Shown: piece by piece, positions 1 through 10,983 of the stretch
Numbering within the stretch: the first letter of the stretch is position 1
How the letters are laid out: each line of letters opens with the position of its first letter
From: Myxococcales bacterium
Lineage (GTDB): Bacteria; Myxococcota_A; Polyangia; Polyangiales; DASUME01
DNA length: 64,000 bases
Direction: 5' to 3'
Assembly: GCA_047601445.1 (NCBI GenBank)
Contig: JASGJH010000001.1
Location: forward strand, 1,888,001-1,952,000
Translations under genes and position numbers: made by a program
The notes under the pieces: generated by a model
The model's input: the letters and a program-made list of their open reading frames with translations, nothing else
What the model was told of the DNA's origin: nothing
The model's database searches: none

Positions 1-1068
<1,068 letters not shown>

Positions 1069-1103
1069 GGCTGATCACGCATCCCGGCGCGGCGCGCCGA
1101 GCA

Positions 1104-1682
1104 TCACTTCACGCGCACCAGCGAGACGTCGATACTGATGGTGATCTCGTCGCCCACGAGCACGCCGCCTGCTTCGAGCGCCGCGTTCCACTTCATGCCG
1201 AACTCGGAGCGCTTGATCTTGGTCTTGGCCGAGGCACCGATGCGCTGATTGCCCCACGGGTCCGTGTGCTCCTCCGTGATGTCGGTGACGTTCAACACCA
1301 CGTCGCGCGTGGTGCCGCGGATGGTGAGCTCGCCCGCCACCTCGAGGGCGTCGCCCTTGCGCGTGACCTTGCGCGATTCGAACTGGACGGTCGGGTACTG
1401 CTCGGCGTCGAAGAAGTCGGCGCTGCGCAGGTGCGCATCGCGCTTCTCTTCCCGGGTGTCGATGGAGGCCACGTCGATGCTGGCGCTCAGCTTGACGGAC
1501 TCGGGACGCTTGGGATCGTACTGCACTTCGCCCGAGAACTTCTCGAACTGCCCCTTCACGTTGCTGATCATCATGTGGCGCACGCTGAACCCCACGCTCG
1601 AGTGGGACGCGTCGATCTGAAAGCGCGGGGCCACACTGGGGGAGGACTGGGTGGTGGGCTGGGTGGTGCTGGAGAGCGTCAT
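1104..1682 (-). CDS. YceI family (polyisoprenoid-binding) protein
   Basis: IDASHSSVGFSVRHMMISNVKGQF, SIDTREEKRDAHLRSADFFD, DPWGNQRIG; start chosen at ATG 1682 after an AAAGGA RBS. Confidence 0.93.
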   Translation of the reverse strand: MTLSSTTQPTTQSSPSVAPRFQIDASHSSVGFSVRHMMISNVKGQFEKFSGEVQYDPKRPESVKLSASIDVASIDTREEKRDAHLRSADFFDAEQYPTVQFESRKVTRKGDALEVAGELTIRGTTRDVVLNVTDITEEHTDPWGNQRIGASAKTKIKRSEFGMKWNAALEAGGVLVGDEITISIDVSLVRVK

Positions 1683-1791
1683 GATCGGATTCCTTTCGCA
1701 ATGAGGCGCGCCGTGCGCGCTCGAACAACCTCGATGAAGGGAATCTAGATCGTTGCGAATGAGTGGACTAGACTGACCATTTCGAACGCAC

Positions 1792-1810
1792 TGTTCGTCC
1801 ATATAGAACA
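1792..1810. promoter_or_regulatory. Putative LysR operator (T-N11-A dyad)
   Basis: TGTTC-N9-GAACA inverted repeat containing T1795-N11-A1807, between the divergent yceI-like and LysR genes. Confidence 0.6.
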
Positions 1811-1816
1811 ATCATC

Positions 1817-2743
1817 ATGAGCGAATCCACCGCCCCTGACCTCAATCGCGTCGGCATTTTCCTCAAAGTCGTGGAGGCCGGCGGCTTCACCGCGGCGGCC
1901 AAGGAGCTGGGGCTCCCCAAATCCTCGGTCAGCCGTGCCGTGGCCCTCCTGGAGCAAGAGCTGCGGGCACGCCTGCTTCGCCGCACCACGCGCAAGGTCG
2001 CGCCCACCGAAGCGGGCGCCGCCTTCTACGAGCGCGCGTCGCGCGGCATGGCGCTCCTGGGCGAGGCGCGCGAGGCCGTCGTGGAGCTCGACGCCGAGCT
2101 GCGTGGACCGATTCGGGTGACCACCGCAGTGGACCTGGCCGTGTGGCGCCTTGCACCCGTGGTCTCGGCGTTCGTCGAGCAGCACCCGGCGGTGATGATC
2201 GACGTGGTGCTCACCGGTCGGCGCGTGGACCTGCTCGAGGAGGGGTTCGATTTCGCGCTGCGGGCGGGCAACCTGCAGGACGAGAGCCTGGTGGCGCGCA
2301 GGCTCCCGCCGGCGGAGTTCGCGCTCTACGCGGCGTCCAGCTACCTCGAACGCCACGGCGTGCCCAAGCGGGTCGCCGAGCTCTCCAGGCACCGCTGCGT
2401 GGTCTTTCGCAGCCCCGGCGGCCGCACACGTTGGGAGCTCCACGGCGAAAAGGGCGCACCCGAGTTCGTCGACGTGGTGGGCGCGCTCAACGTGGACGAC
2501 TTCAGCTTCGCGACCCAGGCCGTGGTGGCGGGCGCGGGCATCGGACTGCTACCTGCCTTCGTGGCCGAGGCAGCCGGTGGCGAGCGCATACGTCGCGTCT
2601 TACCGCGCTATTTTTGGCCGGGAGGCCATGTGCACCTGGTGTATCCGGCCGAGCGCTACATGCCCCGACGCTGCGTCGCGTTCCGGGATTTCGTGGTCGA
2701 GCACGCCATGCGCTGGAGCACTCTTCGCTCCCGCGCGAAGTGA
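1817..2743 (+). CDS. LysR family transcriptional regulator (CrgA/DmlR-like)
   Basis: N-terminal HTH FTAAAKELGLPKSSVSRAVALLE..LLRRTTRKV..TEAG; VDLLEEGFDFALRAG substrate domain; divergent from the yceI-like gene. Confidence 0.95.
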   Translation: MSESTAPDLNRVGIFLKVVEAGGFTAAAKELGLPKSSVSRAVALLEQELRARLLRRTTRKVAPTEAGAAFYERASRGMALLGEAREAVVELDAELRGPIRVTTAVDLAVWRLAPVVSAFVEQHPAVMIDVVLTGRRVDLLEEGFDFALRAGNLQDESLVARRLPPAEFALYAASSYLERHGVPKRVAELSRHRCVVFRSPGGRTRWELHGEKGAPEFVDVVGALNVDDFSFATQAVVAGAGIGLLPAFVAEAAGGERIRRVLPRYFWPGGHVHLVYPAERYMPRRCVAFRDFVVEHAMRWSTLRSRAK

Positions 2744-2778
2744 GTAGGCGCGCCGCCTGGCCCTGGCGCGACGACGAC

Positions 2779-4242
2779 TCAGTGCGCGAAGCGACCTTCC
2801 ACGTGGATCCCGATCAGCGGGCCAATGGAGAAGCTCTCGTAGTGATTGCGTTGCTGGATACCCGCCACACCCGCGCTTGGGCGCAGGAACAGGCTACCTG
2901 GACCGCCGTTGCCACGGACCAGACGGCGGAACCCGAATTCGGTGAAGAAGTAGGCGGGCTCCGGCGCACCGCTGCCGCGCACCACACCCCACGAGCGCGA
3001 GCCGAGCGGGACCTGGGCGTCGCACTCGATCCAACCAAACTTCCAGCTGTCCCCCGATAGCACCACTGCCGTGCTCACGCCGAAGTGAAGCCCGTCGCGC
3101 GCGCCGAGCCGAACCTGCTGCAGCACCGAGAATTGCACGCGGCTCTCCGTGCTGAGCGGATAGCTGTCGTCGCCGTAGGCGTTGATATCGATCACCCGGC
3201 GCGAGTACAGCATGCCCAGGCCGAGCCCCAGGGAGAAGAAGGTCTGATCGTAGCCCGCGCTCGCGTAAGCTCCGGCGTAGCTCGGACTGCTGTCCTTGCC
3301 CACCAGGAGGCCGAGCGGCTTCAGCTCGAGCTTGGCGTAGGCGTCCATTTTCGGCAGCCAAGTGCCGGCCAAGTCTCCCTGGGCAGCAAACGAGATCTTA
3401 TCGACGGGCAAGAACGGGCGAATGCTGCCCTCGAGCACGAGTTGATCGCCGATGCGCTCGGGTGCCAGGCGGTTGGCGGTGCGCGGCAGCGTGGTGAGCC
3501 GCGCGTGCATGCCCGGCGCCGCGAACTCGCCGAAGCCTGCCGCAATCCGGGCACGGCTGTCACCGATGGCGCGCACCGTGCCGACCAACACGGTCTCGTC
3601 GTGCCCCCCCTCGCTCTCGAGGCCGTCCTCGAGAGGAGCTCCGGTGTTGGCGTAGATCTCGACGCGGTCCCCGAGGTTGAGACCATGCTGCTTGCCGAGC
3701 GAGATGGTGACGTCCTGGTTGTCGACCGAGGTGACCACCCCCTCGTCGCGTGCTGGCAGGCGATGCGCGACCTGCGGGACCACGGCCCCGGTCGACTCGA
3801 TGGTGGCGCTCACTTCGAGGGGAGTCTCCGAGAGCGGCTGGGCGTGTTCCTGCAAGGTCGCCACCCAGACCTGGTCGCCTTGCACGAAGAGCCCGCGCAC
3901 CTTGCCCTGGACGCGATGCCTGGCTTCCACGCGAACCTGTTGGTTCAGGTCGAAGCTCAACACCCAGATCGAGCGCTCACCGCACCCCGCGTAGTAGCGC
4001 CCCTCGCGCGCGACCAAGCTCGAGGTGACGCAACCCATTTCCCCCAGAGCCCCGGTGAGCATCCGCACCGGGTCCGCTGGGGCTCCGGGCCCCTGCGTCT
4101 CCGGGGCCGTGGGAACGGTCGTGGGGGGCGGGGATGGCGCGGTGGTGGGGACCGGCGGGGCTTCCTGGGCCTGGCTGGAGCGACTGGTTCCGAGGAGCAG
4201 AGCGAGGGCGAGCAGCAACGCGCGCCGCTGGGTCGAACGCAT
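2779..4242 (-). CDS. Secreted hypothetical protein, possible C-terminal outer-membrane beta-barrel
   Basis: Signal peptide ending SQA, Pro-rich linker, VTISLGKQHGLNLGDRVEIY segment, alternating amphipathic strands and an aromatic residue near the C-terminus. Confidence 0.7.
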   Translation of the reverse strand: MRSTQRRALLLALALLLGTSRSSQAQEAPPVPTTAPSPPPTTVPTAPETQGPGAPADPVRMLTGALGEMGCVTSSLVAREGRYYAGCGERSIWVLSFDLNQQVRVEARHRVQGKVRGLFVQGDQVWVATLQEHAQPLSETPLEVSATIESTGAVVPQVAHRLPARDEGVVTSVDNQDVTISLGKQHGLNLGDRVEIYANTGAPLEDGLESEGGHDETVLVGTVRAIGDSRARIAAGFGEFAAPGMHARLTTLPRTANRLAPERIGDQLVLEGSIRPFLPVDKISFAAQGDLAGTWLPKMDAYAKLELKPLGLLVGKDSSPSYAGAYASAGYDQTFFSLGLGLGMLYSRRVIDINAYGDDSYPLSTESRVQFSVLQQVRLGARDGLHFGVSTAVVLSGDSWKFGWIECDAQVPLGSRSWGVVRGSGAPEPAYFFTEFGFRRLVRGNGGPGSLFLRPSAGVAGIQQRNHYESFSIGPLIGIHVEGRFAH

Positions 4243-4291
4243 GGGCGGCGACACTAGCCGAAGCGAGCAAAGGCCGTCGAGGACCTCGGTC

Positions 4292-4846
4292 TCAGCTCAC
4301 CCTGCGCACCAGGCGAGCGGGATTCCCCACGGCCAGCATGCCCTCTGGGACGTCCGTGATCACCACGCTACCGGCACCGACCACCGCCCCCGCGCCCACG
4401 GAGACGCCGGGGCACAGGATCGCTCCCGCTCCAATCCAGGCCCCGTCTCCGATCCGAATCGGCTTGGCCATCTCCCGTCCGAGCAGGCGCACGTGGGGAT
4501 CGATCGGGTGCGTCGCTGTGAGAATCTGGACACGTGGCCCGACCAACACGTCGTCCCCGAACTCCACCGGCGCGCAGTCGAGGATGATGCAGTCGTAGTT
4601 GATGAAGAGCTTGCGACCGGCGCGGATTTGAGCCCCGTAGTCGCAACGAAAGGGCGGCTCGATCAGCGCGTCTTTGCCGAGCGCGCCGAACAGCTCGTCC
4701 AGAATGCGACGACGCTCCTGGACTTGCTGTGGCTCGGTCGCGTTGTAGCGGTGGCTCAAGGTCTGGGCCCGCAGGCGCAGGGAGACCAGCTCGGGATCGG
4801 TCGCCAAATAGAGGCCCCCTGAAAGCATCAACTCGCGTTCGGTCAC
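4292..4846 (-). CDS. maa: Maltose/galactoside O-acetyltransferase (hexapeptide repeat)
   Basis: IEPPFRCDYG, ILTATHPID, IGDGAWIGAGAILCPGV, GAGSVV..DVP, GNPAR. Confidence 0.9.
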   Translation of the reverse strand: MTERELMLSGGLYLATDPELVSLRLRAQTLSHRYNATEPQQVQERRRILDELFGALGKDALIEPPFRCDYGAQIRAGRKLFINYDCIILDCAPVEFGDDVLVGPRVQILTATHPIDPHVRLLGREMAKPIRIGDGAWIGAGAILCPGVSVGAGAVVGAGSVVITDVPEGMLAVGNPARLVRRVS

Positions 4847-4898
4847 GCTCTACCCCTCTTCAGGTCCGCTCCACAGGCAGGCCCGGCGTGCGCCGCAG

Positions 4899-5510
4899 CT
4901 AGGCCTTGCCGATGGCCTTCTTCCAGCTCGGACGCCCGCTGACGCGCTCCCACCAGGCGACGACGCTCGGATACTTCTCGAGGGTGGCCTTGGCGGGCGA
5001 GAGCTGCATGTACTCGATGTAAGGCATGTAGCCGATGTCCGCGAGCGTGAACGCGTCGCCCGTGAGGTAAGGGCTCTTCGCCAGCGGCTTGGCGATGGTG
5101 GCGTAGACCGTGTCGAGCATCTTGTTGGCGCTCTCGAGCACGGCTTCGTCCTGGTTGCGCTTGAAGACGTAGTGATAGACGAACTTCATGGCGCTGGGCG
5201 AGAAGTTGCTTTGCTCCACGCTCATCCACTGGTCCATCAAAGCGCGGCGCTGCAGGTCCGAGGGGACGAGGGAGCTGCCGGTCTTGGCGCACAGGTAGCG
5301 GCAGATGGCGCGCGACTCGTAGAGCTCGAAGCCCTTGTCCTCGATGGCGGGAATCTGGCCGAAGGGCTGGCGCGTCAGGTGAGCCGCCTGCTTGTGCTCA
5401 CCTTTGCCGAGGTCGACGAGCGTAAACTCGTACGGCGTCTCGGTCTCAATCAAGGTGGTCAGGACCTTGCGCGTGCAGGTGCTGACCGGACTTCCAAACA
5501 GCTTGATCAT
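4899..5510 (-). CDS. Glutathione S-transferase, phi-class-like
   Basis: STCTRKV active-site segment, GEHKQ..HL..QPFGQIPA, LYESRAICRYL, YLTGDAFTLADI, W.ERVSGRPSW; start at ATG 5510. Confidence 0.92.
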   Translation of the reverse strand: MIKLFGSPVSTCTRKVLTTLIETETPYEFTLVDLGKGEHKQAAHLTRQPFGQIPAIEDKGFELYESRAICRYLCAKTGSSLVPSDLQRRALMDQWMSVEQSNFSPSAMKFVYHYVFKRNQDEAVLESANKMLDTVYATIAKPLAKSPYLTGDAFTLADIGYMPYIEYMQLSPAKATLEKYPSVVAWWERVSGRPSWKKAIGKA

Positions 5511-5674
5511 GGGGCCCCCTCTTGGTGCGCGAACGAATGCGTTCGGTGTACCGCCTTTGGCGGCCTCGAGCCAACGCGGCCTCACGGGCCTCGAAACAGA
5601 GGCGGTCTAGCGCGGTAAGCGCGCGCTCTACCCTACCCGGCCTCGGTCGCCCTTGCACTCGAGCGCGCGTGGTC

Positions 5675-7177
5675 TCAGTTGCACTCGACCGTGATGGTCT
5701 CGGAGCTGCTGTACATGCATTCGGGAACGACCCCGGACAGCACCGCCGTCACGTCGTGGAAGCCGCGCTGAGTGCAGGTCCAGCCCGTGGAGAGCCCGAC
5801 CTGCGGGCTGAACGTGCCACCCTCGCCGAACCATTCCACGGTCGCGTTCGGGTCGTCACCGAAGACGTAGGCCGTGAGCTGCAGCGTGTGACCGAGCAGG
5901 ATCTCGAGCGGGATGGCGTCGATGGAGCCGACCACGGGGCACATGATGACCGTCACCGCCAGGCACGAGTTGCTGCAGTCGTCGTAGTCGATGGCGTTGC
6001 CGTCGTCGCACTCTTCGCCCGCTTGCAAGATGCCGTCGCCACACGCGGGCAGCCTGCAAGTGTTGGTGCAGCCGTCGTTCGCGACCGCGTTGCCGTCGTC
6101 GCACTGTTCGCCGCTCTGCACTACGGCATCGCCGCACTCGATGGGCATGCAGTTGTTGGGGCAAGCATCGTTGTTCACGTGGTTGCCGTCGTCACAGGCT
6201 TCGCCGACTTGCACGATGCCGTCGCCGCAGGTGGAGGTGGTGGTCGCCGCCTTGCATTGGGTCGTGCAACCGTCGTTCTCCACGGCATTGCCGTCGTCAC
6301 ACTCTTCGACGCCCGTGAAGACAATGCCGTCGCCGCAGACGTTCCACCTGCAGTCCTCGGTACACTTGTCGTTGGGCGTTCCGGGGGTGTCACACTGCTC
6401 GATGCCGGTGGCGTTGCCGTCGCCGCACCCATGGTAGTCCTCGCATTCCACCTGCATCGAGAACGAATCGGTGCATCCGGCGAGTCCCGTCACGCTGGCC
6501 GTAATAGTGATAAGGCCGTGCATCGAGCACGTGAAGGCTGTCTGATGCAAGGGGCCGGTGGTCACTGGGGACGAAAAACTGCCGGCGGATGGGTAGACAC
6601 CTTGGGAAGACGTCCACGCGATCGAGCTGACACCGTGCGAGAGCCAGGCCTCGAACTGCATGGTCGCACCAAAGGCAACAAGGGACGGAAGGGCCTGCAG
6701 CGAGGTGACCAGGGGGCATGACTTGAAGTCGCCGTTGACGATGAGGTCGGCCTGATTGTCGCTCGCCTGACAGACCAGCAGCACGCTCACGCTGGTCGCC
6801 TTGTTGTCGAGCAGCGCGAAGGGCACCGATGCATTGCACGGCTCTCCGAAGGAGGTCGTCGCGGTCACGGCGAGCGTGTAGCCGCCCTGGACGGGCAGGT
6901 TGCCCACGCGGAAGGCGAGCTTGGAGCTGTTCTGGACCGGCACACTCCCGGTGCGGGTGAAGTTGGCGGGGCCGGTGATGATGTAGTGCAGCGAGCCGAC
7001 CTCGCTGTCATCCGGCAGCGTGAGCGCCGCGGAGAGTTGACCGGACCCGTGGGGGTGGTTCGTCCGCGTGCTGGGGTCGGAGGAGGAGCCGCGCGCGAAC
7101 TCGTCCCCGGGCGAGGAACTACAGGCCACCGCCAACGTACAGACCACTGCCGCCATCAAGCGCAAGACCCGCACCAC
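5675..7177 (-). CDS. Lipoprotein with Myxococcus cysteine-rich (DUF4215) repeats
   Basis: Lipobox LAVAC; five CGD[G/A]..GE.CD[D]GN....D.C...C repeats; start chosen at GTG after an AAGGAG RBS. Confidence 0.85.
   Translation of the reverse strand: MVRVLRLMAAVVCTLAVACSSSPGDEFARGSSSDPSTRTNHPHGSGQLSAALTLPDDSEVGSLHYIITGPANFTRTGSVPVQNSSKLAFRVGNLPVQGGYTLAVTATTSFGEPCNASVPFALLDNKATSVSVLLVCQASDNQADLIVNGDFKSCPLVTSLQALPSLVAFGATMQFEAWLSHGVSSIAWTSSQGVYPSAGSFSSPVTTGPLHQTAFTCSMHGLITITASVTGLAGCTDSFSMQVECEDYHGCGDGNATGIEQCDTPGTPNDKCTEDCRWNVCGDGIVFTGVEECDDGNAVENDGCTTQCKAATTTSTCGDGIVQVGEACDDGNHVNNDACPNNCMPIECGDAVVQSGEQCDDGNAVANDGCTNTCRLPACGDGILQAGEECDDGNAIDYDDCSNSCLAVTVIMCPVVGSIDAIPLEILLGHTLQLTAYVFGDDPNATVEWFGEGGTFSPQVGLSTGWTCTQRGFHDVTAVLSGVVPECMYSSSETITVECN
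5970..6430 (-). repeat. Coding tandem cysteine-rich repeats (5 units)
   Basis: Recurring gttgccgtcgtc(g/a)ca on the + strand, encoding CDDGN. Confidence 0.8.
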
Positions 7178-7487
7178 AGGAGCTCCTTGCTCGGCTCTCT
7201 CGAACCGCTGGGATGGAACTCTCGTAGACCTGTCCTGTGACACGACGGTGTGCGGCGCGAGCCTTTCTGGAAGCGTCTTCGAAGCGGCCATGTGGAGGGT
7301 CCTCGCGGAGCTCGCGGCGCCGGGAGGTTCGTGCGCGAACTTCGCGAAAGCAGGCTCACCCCACGATTGGTTCGCACACGTCATCTGCCGTGATCAGACG
7401 TTACCGAGCCGTCAAGGGAGCTCCACTCCGGCTCGCTAGACGGTGAGCAGCGCGACACCACCCTGGACGGGTCGCGAGGAGCAGCAC

Positions 7488-8777
7488 ATGACGAACAGCA
7501 TGTCTCGATACGGAGTCTTGGGCCTCTGCGCCGTGCTCGGCGCGCAAGTGGCGGCCGCGCAAGACAGCGCGCCCGAAGCCAAAGCCACCCTGGTGGGCTT
7601 CGCTTCGCTGCCCGCGGACACCTTCCAGCCCGGCCCCAACGCTGGCGGCAACGACGGAACCGGCAAGCCGATCAGCGCCAATGGTCGCACGGGTCCGTTC
7701 GCAGGCCAGCCGGTTCAGGGCTTCAGCGGCGTGCAGTTCGCACCCGGTTTCGGCAACTTCTGGTTCCTCTCGGACAACGGCTTCGGCAGCCAGGCCAACA
7801 GCGCCGACTTCCTCTTGCGCTTGCACCACGCGGAGCCTGACTTCGTGCACGGGTTGCGCCTGCCGGGCAAGACCATCCTGCTCGGCAAGGGCGGGGTGAA
7901 GCTAAAGGGGTTCGTGCAGTTCTCGGATCCAGGTCACTTGGTGCCCTTCCCGCTCGTGCGCGAAAACACGCCGGAGCGCTGGCTCACCGGCGCGGACTTC
8001 GACGTGGAATCCGTGGTAGTGGGGACCCGCGACGACTTCTGGATCGGCGACGAGTTCGGCCCCTTCATCCTGCACTTCAACGCCAAGGGCGAGCTGCTCG
8101 AGGCACCCGTCCCCACCCCCAACCTGAAGGCGGACCGCACGCTCGACGCGAACGCCTTCGTGCGCGCACCACAGAACCCCTATTTGCAGGGCGCGGCGCC
8201 GAATCTGGGCAGCTCCAAGGGCTTCGAAGGCATGGCCTACAGCCCCGACCGGCGCACCCTCTACCCGTTGCTCGAGGGCACGGTGGCAGGGGATCCGGCC
8301 AACGCGCTGCGCATCTACGAGTTCGACGTGAAGAGCTCCTCGTTCAAGCGCTTCGTGGGCTGGTATTCGGCCCCCGAGGGCCGCTCCATCGGCGACTTCA
8401 CGCCCATCAACGCGCACGAGTTCCTGGTCATCGAGCGCGACAACAACCAGGGTGCGGTCGCGGTCGTCAAAAAGATCTTCAAGATCGACATCGCGTCCGT
8501 CGATGCCAATGGCTTCGTGTCCAAGGAAGAAGTGGTGGACCTGCTGAACGTGCGAGACCCGCTGGACCTGAACAAGGATGGCAGCACGGTCTTCACCTTC
8601 CCGTTCCAGACCATCGAGGACGTCCTGGTGATCGACTCGGACACCATCCTGGTGGCCAACGACAACAACTATCCCTTCTCGCTGGGACGCGGGCCTGACA
8701 TCGACAACGACGAGATGATCCTGCTGAAGCTCAACCAGCACCTGCGCATCGACCCGCGTCTCTATCTGCACCAGTGA
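7488..8777 (+). CDS. Secreted esterase-like activity of phytase family protein (beta-propeller)
   Basis: Signal peptide; QGFSG, LSDNGFGS..NS.DFLLR, LTGADFDVES, GDEFGP, SKGFEGMA, VIERD, NDNNYPFS; GAGGAG RBS before ATG 7488. Confidence 0.88.
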   Translation: MTNSMSRYGVLGLCAVLGAQVAAAQDSAPEAKATLVGFASLPADTFQPGPNAGGNDGTGKPISANGRTGPFAGQPVQGFSGVQFAPGFGNFWFLSDNGFGSQANSADFLLRLHHAEPDFVHGLRLPGKTILLGKGGVKLKGFVQFSDPGHLVPFPLVRENTPERWLTGADFDVESVVVGTRDDFWIGDEFGPFILHFNAKGELLEAPVPTPNLKADRTLDANAFVRAPQNPYLQGAAPNLGSSKGFEGMAYSPDRRTLYPLLEGTVAGDPANALRIYEFDVKSSSFKRFVGWYSAPEGRSIGDFTPINAHEFLVIERDNNQGAVAVVKKIFKIDIASVDANGFVSKEEVVDLLNVRDPLDLNKDGSTVFTFPFQTIEDVLVIDSDTILVANDNNYPFSLGRGPDIDNDEMILLKLNQHLRIDPRLYLHQ

Positions 8778-8844
8778 ATTGAAGAAGAGGGAGAGGGAGA
8801 GCGGGCACGGGCAAGGGCACGTTACGGGGACGTCTTCCCGTCCA

Positions 8845-9723
8845 TCAATCCAAGTCGATAGGACCTTCCGGTAAGACTCGCGAGAACGCGGCCGCTTGGC
8901 TCTCGTCCTCGGCCCAGCCCAGGGCGGCTTCGATGGCGCGCTGCGAGCCCTCGAGCGAGGCCTCGTAGCGCTCCGGGAAGGTCCCCCAGGACCCCCCATA
9001 GACCTCGCCGCGCATGCGCTGCTTGTCGGGCTCGGGCGCCAGCAGCTTGCCCAGCGGGCTCGACACGAGCGCCACGTACTGACGGTAGCCTTTGGACCAA
9101 CCGCGCAGCTCGTCCCAACTGGGCGCCTTGCCGAGTGCGCGCGCGAGCCCCGCGTGGAACGCCTGCGCCAGGTGAGGTTCGCGGTGCACGGCGTCGGCAT
9201 CGACCGCGATGTGCTGCCCGAGCTCGCGGCGCCCCATGAAGTCGAAGCCCAGGCGCGCTTCGTGGAAGAGCACGCTGTGGTACTTCTCGACGTCGGTGTG
9301 ATGTCGGGCCGGATCGCCGCCGACCTTTTGCGCGCGCTCACGGGCCAGCTGATTGACCAGCGGATGCAGCGCACGGTCGATCGCCAGGTGCGAGACGTAG
9401 CCAAGGCACAGCGCCAGCACCTGCTCGGCTTGCTCGCGTGAGCTCGGACGCGCCCGCAAGCGGCGCACGTGCTCGAGGAGCTCGTGGGCCACCGCCACGG
9501 GCGTGGTGAGATGCAGCGCGGCTCCCCAGGCGGATGTGGCCGTGGGGCGCTTGAGCAGATAGCGCGCCACACCCAGCGGAAAGTGCTCGAAGTAGGGGAA
9601 GTCGATTACCAGGCAGCCGAGGCGACCGAGCTCGCGCAAAGGGCCCTGCCGAAAAGACGGCGGCACCTCGGAACGCGCCAAGGAATCGAGAAAGGCCGAG
9701 ATGTGGATGGCTTCGACGGGCAT
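8845..9723 (-). CDS. Zinc-dependent phospholipase C / S1-P1-like family protein
   Basis: N-terminal His, IDFPYF, GYVSHLAID..HPLVN and HTDVE metal-ligand pattern. Confidence 0.75.
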   Translation of the reverse strand: MPVEAIHISAFLDSLARSEVPPSFRQGPLRELGRLGCLVIDFPYFEHFPLGVARYLLKRPTATSAWGAALHLTTPVAVAHELLEHVRRLRARPSSREQAEQVLALCLGYVSHLAIDRALHPLVNQLARERAQKVGGDPARHHTDVEKYHSVLFHEARLGFDFMGRRELGQHIAVDADAVHREPHLAQAFHAGLARALGKAPSWDELRGWSKGYRQYVALVSSPLGKLLAPEPDKQRMRGEVYGGSWGTFPERYEASLEGSQRAIEAALGWAEDESQAAAFSRVLPEGPIDLD

Positions 9724-9852
9724 GCGCGCGCCGACCCATACCGCGAGTCTCCACGCATGGCACCTGGACGCGTCCGACTCCGCACGTTCGTTGCCCTCAC
9801 GTCACGCGCACGGCATCGTGCCTTGTGAGCCGCGCTCTGTGCGGAGCGGAGA

Positions 9853-10983
9853 TCAGCCGCCCGCGGGGATCCACTTGCCGGTCGCGCAGCCCGATCCGTC
9901 GCCCGAGCCGCTGTACGTGTTCCAGACGTACTCATCGCCCGTGCCGCACTTGAGGACGCACTGCCCCTTGAACATGCCGTCGCCGTCGAAGGTATCGGTC
10001 TCGGCCTTGCGATTGACGCAGGGTTCCGCCGAATACGTGCCGCCGCGCGCCGTGCACTTGGCCGCGCTGGTCTCGGCCGTCCAGTTCGCTCCGGTGTAGT
10101 CCTCGCAGAAATGGGTCGCCGCCACGGTGAAGAGGAAGGTGCAGCTGCCGGTGTGCGTGGCAGCGGGCGTGCAGTCCATCTGGCCAGGGTCGGGTGCCTT
10201 GGGCTCGCTGGCGAGGGGATCGGCGTCGAACGCGCGCACGCGCAGCCAGTACAGCATCTGCGCGGGGGTCCACAGCTTGCAGTACACCGCGCCCTGGGTA
10301 CCGTCGCTGAAGTCGCCCGTGCCGGGGCTCACGAGCGCGGAGCTCGCGAGCACGTAGCTGTCGCCGTTCTTGGTGAGCGTGGCGTTGCTGGCGGCCCACA
10401 TGGGGCCCACGGCATTGGCCACGTCGTCGGCGAAGCTGAGCTTGTGGCCCATCTGCTCGTAGTGCGCGAGCTCGTCCGGGGTCAGCTGCTCGCGGGCCCA
10501 GGTCCAGGCCTTCTCGTTCGCCAAGCGACAGCTCTGAGGGGTGCCGCTCGGCTGGGCTCCGAGCAGGGCTTTGACGGCCTCCTGGGTGCGCAACTTGCAC
10601 GCGATGCCGCGCGAGAGAGAGGCGCTCGCGGGGGCCACCGGGTTCGGGTAGAGCTCCACGAAGGCCTGCACCTGGAGCACGCCATTCGCCACGTCGGCAC
10701 GGCTGCTCACGAAGTCGTTCACGTTGGCCGAGGTCACCTGCTTGACGGAAGCGTCCGGCAGCCCCATTTCGTCGAAGCCGGTGACGGTGCGCTGGGCGGT
10801 CACGCACCAGGTCGCATCGAGCGCCGCAGCCGACACGAACGGATCGGCAGGAGGCTGACCCGCGTCGGAGTCCGTGTCTCCTTCGGCGTCCCCTCCATCG
10901 TCCCCACACCCACTCTGCGCCACCCCAGACAACAACAACGAGCCAACGAACACACGACGTAGCCAACGATCACGAAATGACAT
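9853..10983 (-). CDS. Hypothetical cysteine-containing lipoprotein
   Basis: Signal peptide with QSGC lipobox, acidic DDGGDAEGD linker, Cys-rich C-terminal domain. Confidence 0.75.
   Translation of the reverse strand: MSFRDRWLRRVFVGSLLLSGVAQSGCGDDGGDAEGDTDSDAGQPPADPFVSAAALDATWCVTAQRTVTGFDEMGLPDASVKQVTSANVNDFVSSRADVANGVLQVQAFVELYPNPVAPASASLSRGIACKLRTQEAVKALLGAQPSGTPQSCRLANEKAWTWAREQLTPDELAHYEQMGHKLSFADDVANAVGPMWAASNATLTKNGDSYVLASSALVSPGTGDFSDGTQGAVYCKLWTPAQMLYWLRVRAFDADPLASEPKAPDPGQMDCTPAATHTGSCTFLFTVAATHFCEDYTGANWTAETSAAKCTARGGTYSAEPCVNRKAETDTFDGDGMFKGQCVLKCGTGDEYVWNTYSGSGDGSGCATGKWIPAGG

Noticed and set aside
2795..2810. parS-like CCTTCCACGTGGATCC (similar CCACGTGG cores near 20835, 61813 and 62437)
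   Set aside because: Only about 12/16 match to the parS palindrome, mostly within coding sequence; no convincing parS was seen near parAB
8798..8822. GGGCAC short tandem repeat between convergent genes
   Set aside because: Only three imperfect units, not significant in high-GC DNA
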